A DNA stretch of 64,000 nucleotides from Phycisphaerae bacterium (GTDB lineage: Bacteria; Planctomycetota; Phycisphaerae; Phycisphaerales; UBA1924): assembly GCA_037139735.1 (NCBI GenBank), contig JBAXFU010000001.1, positions 4,603 through 68,602 of the forward strand. Reading direction: 5' to 3'. Shown here piece by piece: positions 1 to 8,878 of this stretch. The translations under genes and the position numbers were made by a program. Each line of letters opens with the position of its first letter. Positions within the stretch are counted from its first letter, which is position 1. The notes under the pieces were generated by a model. The model was not told the origin of the DNA. It worked only from the letters and a program-made list of their open reading frames with translations, and did not search any database.

Positions 1-260
1 ACGCCCGGGCCATCGGGGCGAAGGCCAAGGAGTTGCTCGACCGCATCAATACCTTCGCCGGGCACCTGGGCAAGGTCGGCAGCGGGCTGGAGAGCGCGGC
101 CAAGAGCTACAACTTGGCCGTGGGCTCGTTCAACGGGCGGCTGCTCCCCGGAGCTCGCGACACGGCCGAGTTGGCCGGCACGCTCGAGGTGACCGAGGAG
201 TTGGAGCAGGCCTCGACGACGCTCCGCGAGGTGAGCCGCCCGGCGTTGCCGGGGGAGTGA
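1..260 (+). CDS. rmuC: DNA recombination protein RmuC, C-terminal fragment (5' end upstream of window)
   Basis: Frame is open from the window edge. The tail INTFAGHLGKVGSGLESAAKSYNLAVGSFNGRLLPGARDTAELAG resembles the conserved RmuC C-terminus (H..K.G..L..A...YN.AVGS...R.LP.AR). Recognised from memory only. Confidence 0.55.
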   Translation, partial: ARAIGAKAKELLDRINTFAGHLGKVGSGLESAAKSYNLAVGSFNGRLLPGARDTAELAGTLEVTEELEQASTTLREVSRPALPGE

Positions 261-637
261 GGTCGCCGGTTCCTCGATCGCGAAGCGCTTTGAGGGAGTA
301 GCCGGTGGTTGCGGCACTTCGCCGCCACCCCCGGACCCCCGGACGCGATGCGCCGTGCGCATCAACCCCAACGGGGTTCCCGATCACGAGCGCCGATTCG
401 CGTCATCGTTCACGAATCACCCGACGCCTCCGAAGCCCGCGCTGCGGGCGAACCGGCAGGTAGCCCAGGGCGCTGCCCGGCTTTGCGGGCGAGCCCTGGG
501 TACACGAACGCCGATCCGCGCACAGCGCACGTTCAAACGATCGCCACATCGCGCATCATGCCCCGCCACCCAGGGCTCGCTCGAAGACTCGCAGCGCCCT
601 GGGCTACCTGCCGCTTCGCCCCCAAGCGGGCGACGAG

Positions 638-688
638 GAGGTGGGCCGTTCCTGATCGCGACGCGAACCGGCCGCAACCCGCCGCGCG
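638..688. repeat. 51-bp direct repeat, copy 1
   Basis: gaggtgggccgttcctgatcgcgacgcgaaccggccgcaacccgccgcgcg is identical to 820-870. Confidence 0.9.
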
Positions 689-819
689 AGTCGGCTCCGC
701 CGGGGGCTTGCCCGCAAAGCCGGGCTGCGCGCCCCGGCTCAACCAGGGGACGCCCGAAGCGGGCTTACCGTGCGTGAATCAGCGCCGCGCTCCTTCCGAA
801 GCCCGCTGCGGGCGACGGT

Positions 820-870
820 GAGGTGGGCCGTTCCTGATCGCGACGCGAACCGGCCGCAACCCGCCGCGCG
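820..870. repeat. 51-bp direct repeat, copy 2
   Basis: Identical to 638-688, giving a 182-bp period. Confidence 0.9.
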
Positions 871-951
871 TACCAACTCCGCCGGGGGTTGCGGTGCTGC
901 GCCGCCACCCCCGGCTCTGTTCGGGAATCGCTTCGCGAGAGGACATCGCCA

Positions 952-2172
952 TCACCCGCGGACCGCCGCCTCGATCCCTTCCGGCCGCTCGTAGGCGAGG
1001 CCGAAGATCGTCTCGTTGAAGGTCGCCAGCGAGCAGTCCTCCTGCTTCACGAAGCCCTTCTGCGGCAGTTTGCCCAGCCGGTGCAGGTCCACCATCGCGC
1101 ACACGCCCGCCGCCGTGGTCAACTCGATCGCCGGCCACACCCGCCCGAAGATCTCAGTCGCGTGAATCGCCCGCTTGAAGTTGATCTGCTCCCGGCGAAT
1201 GGTCTCGCCGTCGTGACGCATGCCGATGCCGTTGATGAACACGATCACCACGTCCTGGAGGGTGCGGGCCACCGCGTGGTCCAGCAGGTCGATCGCCAAG
1301 CGCCGATCGAAGACCCGCCCGCCCGCCGTCGGTGCCGCATGCTCGACGCCCAGCCGCAGATCTTGCAGCAGGAACTTCATCAGGTCGCGGTGGCCCGGAT
1401 ATCGAATCGTCTTGTACGCGATGCGGCTCTCGGGGTTGGTCTTTTTCTCGCCCAGCAGCGTGTCCGTGAGCGATCCGATGCCCCCGGAGGTGTAGAAGGC
1501 CTCGTACTCGACGCCCTCGAAGGAGAAGTGCTCAAGCCCCTCGAGGGCGGGCAGTTTCACCACCTTGCCGTCGAGCATCACGTTGCACGGCTCGCAGTAC
1601 TCGTTCACCACCCCCGCCGTCGACCACGTCACGTTGTAGTGCAGCGCGTTGGTCGGGAACTGGGGCAAGGCCCCCACCCGCAGCGTCAGGTCGTGGATCT
1701 CGGAGAACTGACGCCCGATCTCGTACCCCGCGATGGCGATGTAGCCCGGGGCCAAGCCGCACTGGGGCACCAGGGCCACCTTCGCGCGGCCCTCGTCGGC
1801 AATGGCCTTCACCGCGTCGGTCGTCTCGACGTCCTCGGTCACGTCGAAGTAGTGCACGCCGGCCGCGTTGGCGTCCTCGGCGATGCCCTTCACGAGGTCG
1901 AAGGGGAGCATGCAGATCAGGTAGTGCTGCCCTTTGAGCAGTTCCCGCACCGCGGCACGGTCGGAGGCGTCGACCTGCTTGGCCACGAACTCCACCGCTC
2001 GTCCAGCGGGCAGCCGCTTGCGCAGCCGCTCGATGTTGGCCTGGGCTTCCTGCAGGTTCTTGGCGTCGCGGTCGGCGAGCGTGACGCGGTACGCGCCCTT
2101 GCCGCAGGCCAAGAGCAGTTCCGCCACCGACTTGCCGACCTTGCCGCCGCCGAGAACCAGGACGTTGTGCAT
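952..2172 (-). CDS. Saccharopine dehydrogenase family protein (NAD(P)-binding)
   Basis: ATG at 2172 gives MHNVLVLGGGKVGKSV (Rossmann GxGxxG) and about 406 aa, typical of the Sacchrp_dh N+C architecture. The track ORF (to 2472) adds an Arg-rich junk N-terminus. Confidence 0.8.
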   Translation of the reverse strand: MHNVLVLGGGKVGKSVAELLLACGKGAYRVTLADRDAKNLQEAQANIERLRKRLPAGRAVEFVAKQVDASDRAAVRELLKGQHYLICMLPFDLVKGIAEDANAAGVHYFDVTEDVETTDAVKAIADEGRAKVALVPQCGLAPGYIAIAGYEIGRQFSEIHDLTLRVGALPQFPTNALHYNVTWSTAGVVNEYCEPCNVMLDGKVVKLPALEGLEHFSFEGVEYEAFYTSGGIGSLTDTLLGEKKTNPESRIAYKTIRYPGHRDLMKFLLQDLRLGVEHAAPTAGGRVFDRRLAIDLLDHAVARTLQDVVIVFINGIGMRHDGETIRREQINFKRAIHATEIFGRVWPAIELTTAAGVCAMVDLHRLGKLPQKGFVKQEDCSLATFNETIFGLAYERPEGIEAAVRG

Positions 2173-2357
2173 GCTGCGAGACTCCGCAAAGATGAGCCGA
2201 AGGCCGCGTCGTGAACAGGGCACGTCGCGAAGGGGCGAATGATAGGGTCGGGACGAGGCGAAGCCCAAGGGCGGGGTGCGGGCGTATTGTGCCGCGGAGG
2301 CCCCGAACAGCCCCGCCCGTGGCGGGATTCCCGGCCCCGCCGACGCGAAGGTGCCCG

Positions 2358-3647
2358 ATGAGCGATGCCGCCACGTTTCAGCGATCCGCCGTTGCCGCCG
2401 AGGAGGTCGTTTCGCACCTCCGCAGCGGCATGAATGTCTTCGTCCACGGCGGCAGCGCGACCCCCACCACACTCCTCGAGGCCATGGCCAAGCGGACCGA
2501 CCTCGAGGGCGTTCGCCTCTACCACCTCCACCTCACCGGCCCCCTCTCGTTCCTGAAGCCCGAGCACGCGGGGCGGTTCACGTCGGTCTCGCTCTTCACG
2601 GGGCCGGGCTGCCGCGTGCCGGTGTCGGAGGGACGGGCCGAGTACGTGCCCATCTTCCTCTCTGACATCCCGTCGCTGTTCGCGAGCGGCGCGGTGAAAC
2701 TCGACGCGGCGCTCGTGCAACTCTCGCCACCCGACCGCCACGGGCTCTGCACCCTGGGCACCTCCATCGACGCCGCCCGCGCCGCGGTCGACCACGCGGG
2801 CATCGTGCTGGCCGAGGTGAACGCCCGGATGCCCCGCACGCACGGGCACTCGGCGGTGGCTCGAGACCGCCTGCACGCCTTCACGCTCACCGACCGTCCT
2901 CTTCACGAACACGCGAGCGAGCCCGAAACACCGGTGGCAGCCCGCATCGGCGAGATCATCGCGGGGCTGGTGAACGACGGCGACTGCCTGCAGATGGGCA
3001 TCGGGGCCATTCCCGACGCCGCGCTCAGCCGCCTTCACGGCAAGCGGGACCTGGGCATCCACACCGAGATGTTCAGCGACCGCGTGGTCGACCTCTTCGA
3101 GGCCGGCGCGATCACGAACCGCCGCAAGGTCATCCACCAAGGCCGCCTCGTGACCAGTTTCGTGAGCGGCACACGCCGCGTCTTCGACTTCGTGAACGAC
3201 AATCCACTGGTCGAGTTCCACCCCTGCGACCGCACGAACGATTCGTCGCTCATCCGCCTGAACCCCGGCACGGTGGCGATCAACTCGGCGATCGAGATCG
3301 ACCTCACGGGCCAAGTCTGCGCCGATTCGATGGGCCACCGCATCTACTCGGGCATCGGCGGGCAGATGGACTTCGTCCGCGGGGCCACGCTGTCGCCAAA
3401 GGGCAAGGCCATCATCGCGCTCCCTTCCACCGCCGCGGCGGGCACCATCTCGCGGCTTGTCCCCGAACTCGCCCCCGGTGCAGGCGTGGTCACCACACGC
3501 GGGCACGTTCAGTGGGTGGTGACCGAGCACGGGGCCGCCAACCTGCACGGTCTGTCGCTGAGCCAGCGGGCCGACGCCCTCATCGGCCTGGCCCACCCCG
3601 ACTTCCGCGGCGCTCTCCGCGAGGCTTGGAAGCGCCGCCCCCGCTGA
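2358..3647 (+). CDS. Acetyl-CoA hydrolase/transferase family protein (4-hydroxybutyrate CoA-transferase-like)
   Basis: ATG at 2358 (MSDAATFQ...). Carries MNVFVHGGSATP and the family hallmark SGIGGQMDFVRGA; 429 aa. Confidence 0.85.
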   Translation: MSDAATFQRSAVAAEEVVSHLRSGMNVFVHGGSATPTTLLEAMAKRTDLEGVRLYHLHLTGPLSFLKPEHAGRFTSVSLFTGPGCRVPVSEGRAEYVPIFLSDIPSLFASGAVKLDAALVQLSPPDRHGLCTLGTSIDAARAAVDHAGIVLAEVNARMPRTHGHSAVARDRLHAFTLTDRPLHEHASEPETPVAARIGEIIAGLVNDGDCLQMGIGAIPDAALSRLHGKRDLGIHTEMFSDRVVDLFEAGAITNRRKVIHQGRLVTSFVSGTRRVFDFVNDNPLVEFHPCDRTNDSSLIRLNPGTVAINSAIEIDLTGQVCADSMGHRIYSGIGGQMDFVRGATLSPKGKAIIALPSTAAAGTISRLVPELAPGAGVVTTRGHVQWVVTEHGAANLHGLSLSQRADALIGLAHPDFRGALREAWKRRPR

Positions 3648-3709
3648 CACACGTGCGGCATCCATTCGGAGCCCCACCCACAAAAACGACGCGCTCGCGG
3701 TCCCCGGGC

Positions 3710-3740
3710 TTGCCACCTCGGGGGGTGGTCGTCCTATACT
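3710..3740 (+). promoter_or_regulatory. Possible sigma70-like promoter for tRNA-Lys (TTGCCA-19-TATACT)
   Basis: TTGCCA at 3710-3715 and TATACT at 3735-3740, 35 nt upstream of the tRNA. The 19-nt spacer is longer than optimal. Confidence 0.3.
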
Positions 3741-3774
3741 TGCCCCCTTCGCGGCGGAAACGCCCCGAATGGAC

Positions 3775-3847
<73 letters not shown>

Positions 3848-4011
3848 TTCTGGCAGGTTCGGGTCGACCATCCATTCGGTCCCCGCCTTCCCTCCCACCT
3901 ATTGCATGCCCCCCGATTCACGCGACCTGCATCGCGTGATGCGTGCTTTTACGTTCCGGCCGCCGGTCTCAATCCGCGCAGTTCTATCGCCTTTCTGGCC
4001 TATGGTGGCGG

Positions 4012-4821
4012 ATGGAGCCATCGCCGCAGGCAGTCTCGATTCACCCCGTCATCGAAGGCCCACGTGCCTGCGTGAAGTGCGGGTACAGCATCACGGGGCT
4101 CTTCACCAACGGCCACTGCCCTGAATGCGGCACGCCGGTCGCCGACTCGCTCCGGGGCGACCTGCTCCAACACGCCGGCAAGGACTACCTCAGGACCATC
4201 CTGACCGGGCACTCCTGGGTGCTCAACGGCGTGCTCGCCATCATCGTCGTTCAGGTCGCCACCATGCTGGGCTCCATCACCGCAGCCATGCGAGGCGCGA
4301 CCACGCCGCCACGAGAGTTCACCGCCATCCTCTCGCTGGTCGGCCTCGCCGTGTCGGTCTGGATCTTCCTCGGCTATGTCAAGCTCACCGAGCCCGACCC
4401 GCAGTTCATCGGGCTGGAGCGTCCCGACACCGCGCGACAGCTCGTGCGACTCAGCGCCATCGTCACGATCATCGTCGGCGTGATCGCCTCCGTGCTGTAC
4501 CTGTCGACCTCGCTGAGCGGCGTCGTGGTCCTCATCCTCGGCGTGCTCCAACTCGTGGGCCTTGCCGCGTTCGTGATGCAGTTCCTCGCGATGATGAACT
4601 ACACGATCTGGCTTGGACGACGCATCCCGGACGCGTGGATCGTCCGACGCGCCTCGATGTATCGGTGGCTCCTGCCGCTCATCGCCATCGTGGGCGCGGT
4701 CCTCCTCTTCCTCGGCCCGCTCGTCGCGCTCATCATGTACTGGAACCTGCTCGACCGCATGCGCAAGCACCTGAAGTCGATCGTGGCCAACGGCCAACCG
4801 GCCTCGCTCCGAGGCATGTGA
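4012..4821 (+). CDS. Hypothetical polytopic membrane protein with N-terminal zinc-ribbon
   Basis: ATG at 4012. Has CVKCGYSITG...CPECGTPV (a CxxC...CxxC ribbon) followed by at least 5 long hydrophobic segments. Confidence 0.7.
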   Translation: MEPSPQAVSIHPVIEGPRACVKCGYSITGLFTNGHCPECGTPVADSLRGDLLQHAGKDYLRTILTGHSWVLNGVLAIIVVQVATMLGSITAAMRGATTPPREFTAILSLVGLAVSVWIFLGYVKLTEPDPQFIGLERPDTARQLVRLSAIVTIIVGVIASVLYLSTSLSGVVVLILGVLQLVGLAAFVMQFLAMMNYTIWLGRRIPDAWIVRRASMYRWLLPLIAIVGAVLLFLGPLVALIMYWNLLDRMRKHLKSIVANGQPASLRGM

Positions 4822-4878
4822 GGCTACACCGTGGCGACGAAACTGCAGTTCGCGGGGTGATGTTGCCACCGCGGGCGG

Positions 4879-5892
4879 TCACTTCACCCGCTTCACCGCC
4901 ACCGCCTCCGACGCTCCCTCGACCTTCATCCGATGCTCCGAGCCGTCGCGGACGATCGTCACGTCGGGATCGAAGAGGGTCGTGTAGGTGGTGAGGTACT
5001 CGGTTTGTTCCCAAATATCGCCGTTGGCGAGCCGGTAGAGGCGGCCGCGGGCGAAGCCCTCGAACTTGCCGCGGATGGAGGATTCGACTCGCTCGGGCGT
5101 GCCGGGGACGGACCATGGGCTGCCACGGGTGATGAGCGACGCGCGGACAGGCTTGTCGACGCCGTCGATCACCAGCGACACCGATGACCCCGACCCGTAC
5201 GCCGTCACCGTCGGATCGCTCCGATTCACCGATTGCTGGATGGAGTCCGTCACTTCGTACACGCTTCCCGAGGCCATTTTGAGGAGCGTGCCGCGTCGAA
5301 GATCGGTCACTCGTCCGTCCACCCGGGTGCGTTCGGTCACGGAGCCCGTGGGCTGGCTTGGCGTGCTTGAGCCCGGAGGCGGTAAGAGACCCGGCGAAGA
5401 GGGCGTGCCCGGAGCGGGCCGACTGGTGGCCGGTGGCGGCTGGCTGGGCGCCGCCGGTGGGAAGATCGCGGGATTGCTCCAAGGCACGGACGGAGGGGCC
5501 ACCCACCGAGGGCCGTTTCCGCCGCCTGGCGCCGAGGACTTTGACGGCGACGTCGGACGCGATCGCTCGCGTGCGGCATCCTGCGCTCGCGTCAACTCGT
5601 TCTTCAACCGGCGAGTTTGCTCGAGACACGCGGCCTTGTCGCTCTCGAGTTGAACGACACGCGATTCCACCTCGGCGAGTCGCCGCACGAGGGCCTCGAC
5701 ATCGCCAGTAAGGCGCAGTTGCTCCTCGAGTTGCTTCACCCGCCGTTCCCCGACCTCGCGGTCAAGGCGGCACTGGGCCAACTCGAGACGAAGTGCCGCG
5801 GTAGGGTCCTCGGGAGGGGAGGTTTGGGCTAGCGACGGCGCCACGGAGACGCCGATGGCGACCGCCGCGATGAGAACGTGGAAGGGGTGCAT
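4879..5892 (-). CDS. Hypothetical secreted coiled-coil protein with Pro/Ser-rich linker
   Basis: ATG at 5892 gives the signal-like MHPFHVLIAAVAIGVSVAPSLAQ. A heptad-rich segment (LRLELAQCRLDREVGERRVKQLEEQLRL...) is followed by a P/S-rich linker and a globular C-terminus ending ...MKVEGASEAVAVKRVK. Confidence 0.7.
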   Translation of the reverse strand: MHPFHVLIAAVAIGVSVAPSLAQTSPPEDPTAALRLELAQCRLDREVGERRVKQLEEQLRLTGDVEALVRRLAEVESRVVQLESDKAACLEQTRRLKNELTRAQDAARERSRPTSPSKSSAPGGGNGPRWVAPPSVPWSNPAIFPPAAPSQPPPATSRPAPGTPSSPGLLPPPGSSTPSQPTGSVTERTRVDGRVTDLRRGTLLKMASGSVYEVTDSIQQSVNRSDPTVTAYGSGSSVSLVIDGVDKPVRASLITRGSPWSVPGTPERVESSIRGKFEGFARGRLYRLANGDIWEQTEYLTTYTTLFDPDVTIVRDGSEHRMKVEGASEAVAVKRVK

Positions 5893-6160
5893 GCCGGACT
5901 CCTGTACCGCGGTGGCGGTGCGGCATGGTATGCGAGAACGCTCGCTTGAACCTCCCCGCGCCGTCCGCAGCTCAGGGAATGCCGCAGCTCGTCGCCACGT
6001 CGAAGAGCGCTCGCTCCAAGCGGCGGCAGAAGCTCGTCGCATCGCACAAGGGTGACGCCCACATCCGATCGCGGAGCGACCGATGGCGCCAACCGACTCG
6101 GGTTCGTTGCGGCGACGGGGCTGGCCGAACATGACGGCCCACCGATGATCGATCCTGCTT

Positions 6161-7969
6161 TCAGCGACAGCCGCCCGCTGTCCAGAAGGCGAGGAAGGCC
6201 GAGACGTCGCTCGAGTCGACCCGTCCGTCGAGGTCGATATCGGCAACGAGGCGAGAGGCGTTCCAGTTGGAGAAGAAGACCTCGACGTCGAGTCCGTCGA
6301 CGCCGCCGTTGTCGTCGAAGTCGGCCATGCACCACGCCCCGACGCGGTCGCGAAGATACGCCGCGGCTGCCTGGGCGTTGACCAGTCCGTACCCGAACAA
6401 GTCGTCGCGGCCGGGGTCGCCCAGATCGGTGGCGGTGGCCTCGAGCGCCTCGCGGATCTGCGCCGGGGTGGCGTGGCGACGACCGACCTCGGCGACCATC
6501 AACGCGGCGACGCCCGCGACGTGGGGGCACGCCATCGAGGTACCCGAGAAGGCGGCATAGCCGTGTCCGCCGCTGGTGGCGATGGTGACGGGAATGGCGC
6601 CGCGTCCGAAGAGGTCGTCGCCATCGGCCTGCGAGATGCCGATGACGGGGACGGAGGAGTTGCCGTTGAGCGTGCCGCTGAAGAGGCCGGCGGCGTTGTT
6701 GGCGATGATGACTCCCACCGCGCCGGCGGCGACGGCGTTGGTGGCCTTGGTGGCGAAGGTGATGCCGCCGCCTCGACGGATCAGGGCGATGTTGCCCGCG
6801 ACCTCCGGGGGGAAGTCGGAGGGCGAGCCGCCCAAGCCGCAGCCGACGGCGATGGCGCTCGCGCGGCCGCTCGCGCTGCCCGCGAGGGTCGCGCTCTCAT
6901 GATCGACACCGGCCCACGAGGCGACGCCAGTGGGAACGGTCGAAAGCACGCCGACGCCGGGGGCCGAAACGCTGATGTTGGGCCCGAAGTTCGAGAAGCT
7001 TGCGCGGCTGTTCGCCGAATCGACCGCCGCGACCGAGAGCACGCCGGGGTACCACGCGGGGTAGAAGGGATCTCTCGAGTTGTTGTTGCCCGCGGCAGCC
7101 ACGACGAGCACGCCCGAGGCGACCACCGCCGCGTACAGGTCGGCTTCGGCCTGATCGCTGCCCGTGCTGCCCAGGGACATGCTGATGACGTCGGCACCGT
7201 TGGTGGCGGCCCAGTCCGCGCCCGCCATCACGCCGGCATTCGAACCCGACCCGCTATCGCCCAGCACCTTGCCGATCATGAGCGAGGCAGAAGGGGCGAC
7301 CCCTACCACGCCGTCGGTGTTGTCGACCGCGAGCACGGTGCCGGAGCAGTGCGTGCCGTGACTGTTGCCGTCCTGCACCGCTTGGCCGGAGACGAACGAT
7401 CGGGTCAGGATCGGTTCGGGGAGATCCGGATGTCCGAAGTCAAAACCCGTGTCGAGCACGGCGACGACCGCGCCCCCGCCGCGGCTGGCCGTCCATGTCT
7501 GCGGGCCTCGAACCGAGTCGATGCCATAGGGCACGGTCTGTCCCGCCGCCTTCACGATTCGATCGCGAACGGCGTACTGCACCAACGAACTGGCCTTGTA
7601 CGCCTTGACGGCGGCGTCCTCTCGTCCGGGCTTCACCTCGACGCAGCGGAGGCCGGGAACCAACGCGTACTCGAACGCCACGCTGACGACCCCGGCCTTG
7701 GCGTCAAGGCGCGCCAAGTCCTTCGCCTTGACGCCGGGCTTGGTTCGGACGAGGACGCGACGAGCGAACCAATCGGGAGCGGCCGTGACGGCCGCCTTCG
7801 CCTTGGCCGGTGCGGCCGCCGGCTTCGGCTTGATGGAGGCAGCCGACTTCGCCCCCGCCTTGCCTGCCTTTTCGGTCGCGTTCGCGGTCCCCGTCCCGAG
7901 CGCACCGAAGGAACCGGCGGACAGGGCGAGGAGGCTTGCGACGAGCCGGAGGGCGGTGCGGTTGGGCAT
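6161..7969 (-). CDS. Secreted subtilisin-like serine protease (S8) with PA domain and C-terminal dockerin-like module
   Basis: Signal MPNRTALRLVASLLALSAGS. Catalytic triad motifs VAVLDTGFD, HGTHCSGTV and GTSMACPHVAG. PA-like insert GNIALIRRGGGITFATKATNA. Tail WCMADFDDNGGVDGLD...DIDLDGRVDSSDVSAFLAFWTAGGCR. Confidence 0.9.
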   Translation of the reverse strand: MPNRTALRLVASLLALSAGSFGALGTGTANATEKAGKAGAKSAASIKPKPAAAPAKAKAAVTAAPDWFARRVLVRTKPGVKAKDLARLDAKAGVVSVAFEYALVPGLRCVEVKPGREDAAVKAYKASSLVQYAVRDRIVKAAGQTVPYGIDSVRGPQTWTASRGGGAVVAVLDTGFDFGHPDLPEPILTRSFVSGQAVQDGNSHGTHCSGTVLAVDNTDGVVGVAPSASLMIGKVLGDSGSGSNAGVMAGADWAATNGADVISMSLGSTGSDQAEADLYAAVVASGVLVVAAAGNNNSRDPFYPAWYPGVLSVAAVDSANSRASFSNFGPNISVSAPGVGVLSTVPTGVASWAGVDHESATLAGSASGRASAIAVGCGLGGSPSDFPPEVAGNIALIRRGGGITFATKATNAVAAGAVGVIIANNAAGLFSGTLNGNSSVPVIGISQADGDDLFGRGAIPVTIATSGGHGYAAFSGTSMACPHVAGVAALMVAEVGRRHATPAQIREALEATATDLGDPGRDDLFGYGLVNAQAAAAYLRDRVGAWCMADFDDNGGVDGLDVEVFFSNWNASRLVADIDLDGRVDSSDVSAFLAFWTAGGCR

Positions 7970-8118
7970 GGGGGATTCTCGAAGGAGCGTGGCTGCGACC
8001 GTCCGCCCCGCGAAGGGACGGACGAATCCTCGATTCGCATGATAGCGGGCCTGTGTTGCGTCTCGTCGACGGCGGCGTCACTTCGACACCCGTTGGGTAC
8101 TTCCCGGACTTGGAAACC

Positions 8119-8157
8119 AAAAAAGCGACGCGAGCCCCGACCGGGGCTCGCGTTGCT
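8119..8157 (-). terminator. Rho-independent terminator downstream of the 8184-8831 gene
   Basis: The minus strand reads gcaacgcgagcccc-ggtc-ggggctcgcgtcgc followed by tttttt. Confidence 0.75.
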
Positions 8158-8183
8158 GCGTGAGGGACTTGTGTGGGGGCCGA

Positions 8184-8831
8184 TCAGCGGCGTCGGCGCC
8201 CGCACAGTCCGGCCAACGCCAACAGGCCCATCGCGCCGGGTGCGGGGATGACGCGAACGTCGTCGATGCCGAGGATCGACTCGAACGTGCCGTCCGTGTC
8301 GGTGATCGAGAAGGTCAACTCATAGAAGCCCGACGACGATGCCGGCAGCACGTGCGAGATGCGATGCCAACCCACGTTGGTGTCGTCATCCAGCATGGAG
8401 GCGGCATCCATGTTGAACCGGACGAGTTCGGCACTCCCCTGGCCGTCGTCCAGCCTCGCAAACGCCCCGTCGGTGCTGGGCGCGAAGTCTCCGAAGTCGT
8501 AGAAGATCATGAACTCGAGCACTTCGCCCGGATTGGCGGCGAAACGCTGCGACAGGGTCGCCCCCTGCCGATCGAACGAGTCCGTGCTCCAGAGGGCCGC
8601 GAATCGATCACCCTCGGTGGGGCCCCACTGTCCACTCAGCGGCTCCTGCTGGCCCATGTGAATCGGATCCCTCGCGATGAGGGAACCGGTGGACGACGAA
8701 CCGCCGTTGCCGACGTAGCTCCACCCGGCGAAACCCGACTCGAATCCGCCGTTGGCGATGCCCGCGTGGGCCTCCGAAGCCGCGACCGCGAGCATGAGGG
8801 TCGCGATGCTGCGCGTGATGTTGCCTTGCAT
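8184..8831 (-). CDS. Secreted jelly-roll (CBM-like) protein with PEP-CTERM-type sorting tail
   Basis: Signal MQGNITRSIATLMLAVAASEAHA. IANGGFESGFAGWSY is typical of CBM4/9-like folds. Tail VIPAPGAMGLLALAGLCGRRRR. Confidence 0.8.
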   Translation of the reverse strand: MQGNITRSIATLMLAVAASEAHAGIANGGFESGFAGWSYVGNGGSSSTGSLIARDPIHMGQQEPLSGQWGPTEGDRFAALWSTDSFDRQGATLSQRFAANPGEVLEFMIFYDFGDFAPSTDGAFARLDDGQGSAELVRFNMDAASMLDDDTNVGWHRISHVLPASSSGFYELTFSITDTDGTFESILGIDDVRVIPAPGAMGLLALAGLCGRRRR

Positions 8832-8878
8832 GATGGTCTCTCCTCTCGTGTGTTTCCTGGTGAACGGGATCTTGACAT

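Larger units (their letters stand above)
300..915. repeat. Composite non-coding region of nested direct and inverted repeats (REP/MITE-like)
   Basis: Contains a perfect 51-bp direct repeat, a 28-bp direct repeat, and 22-, 16- and 11-bp inverted repeats (coordinates in findings). All overlapping ORFs translate to Arg/Pro/Ala-rich low-complexity shadow frames. Confidence 0.8.

Noticed and set aside
1-260. RmuC as a marker of a defence island
   Set aside because: Only the C-terminal 75 aa are in the window. The adjacent genes are metabolic, and nothing defence-related is visible here.
300-915. Possible CRISPR array
   Set aside because: There are only two copies of the 51-bp unit, with a 182-bp period. 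The repeats are nested and inverted rather than regularly spaced short repeats, and the window has no cas genes.
1917-3716. 599-aa ORF on the minus strand, opposite the CoA-transferase gene
   Set aside because: The translation is Arg/Ala/Gly-rich and low-complexity with no motifs. The opposite strand encodes a protein with clear family motifs (GIGGQMDF). This is the typical stop-poor shadow frame of a high-GC genome.
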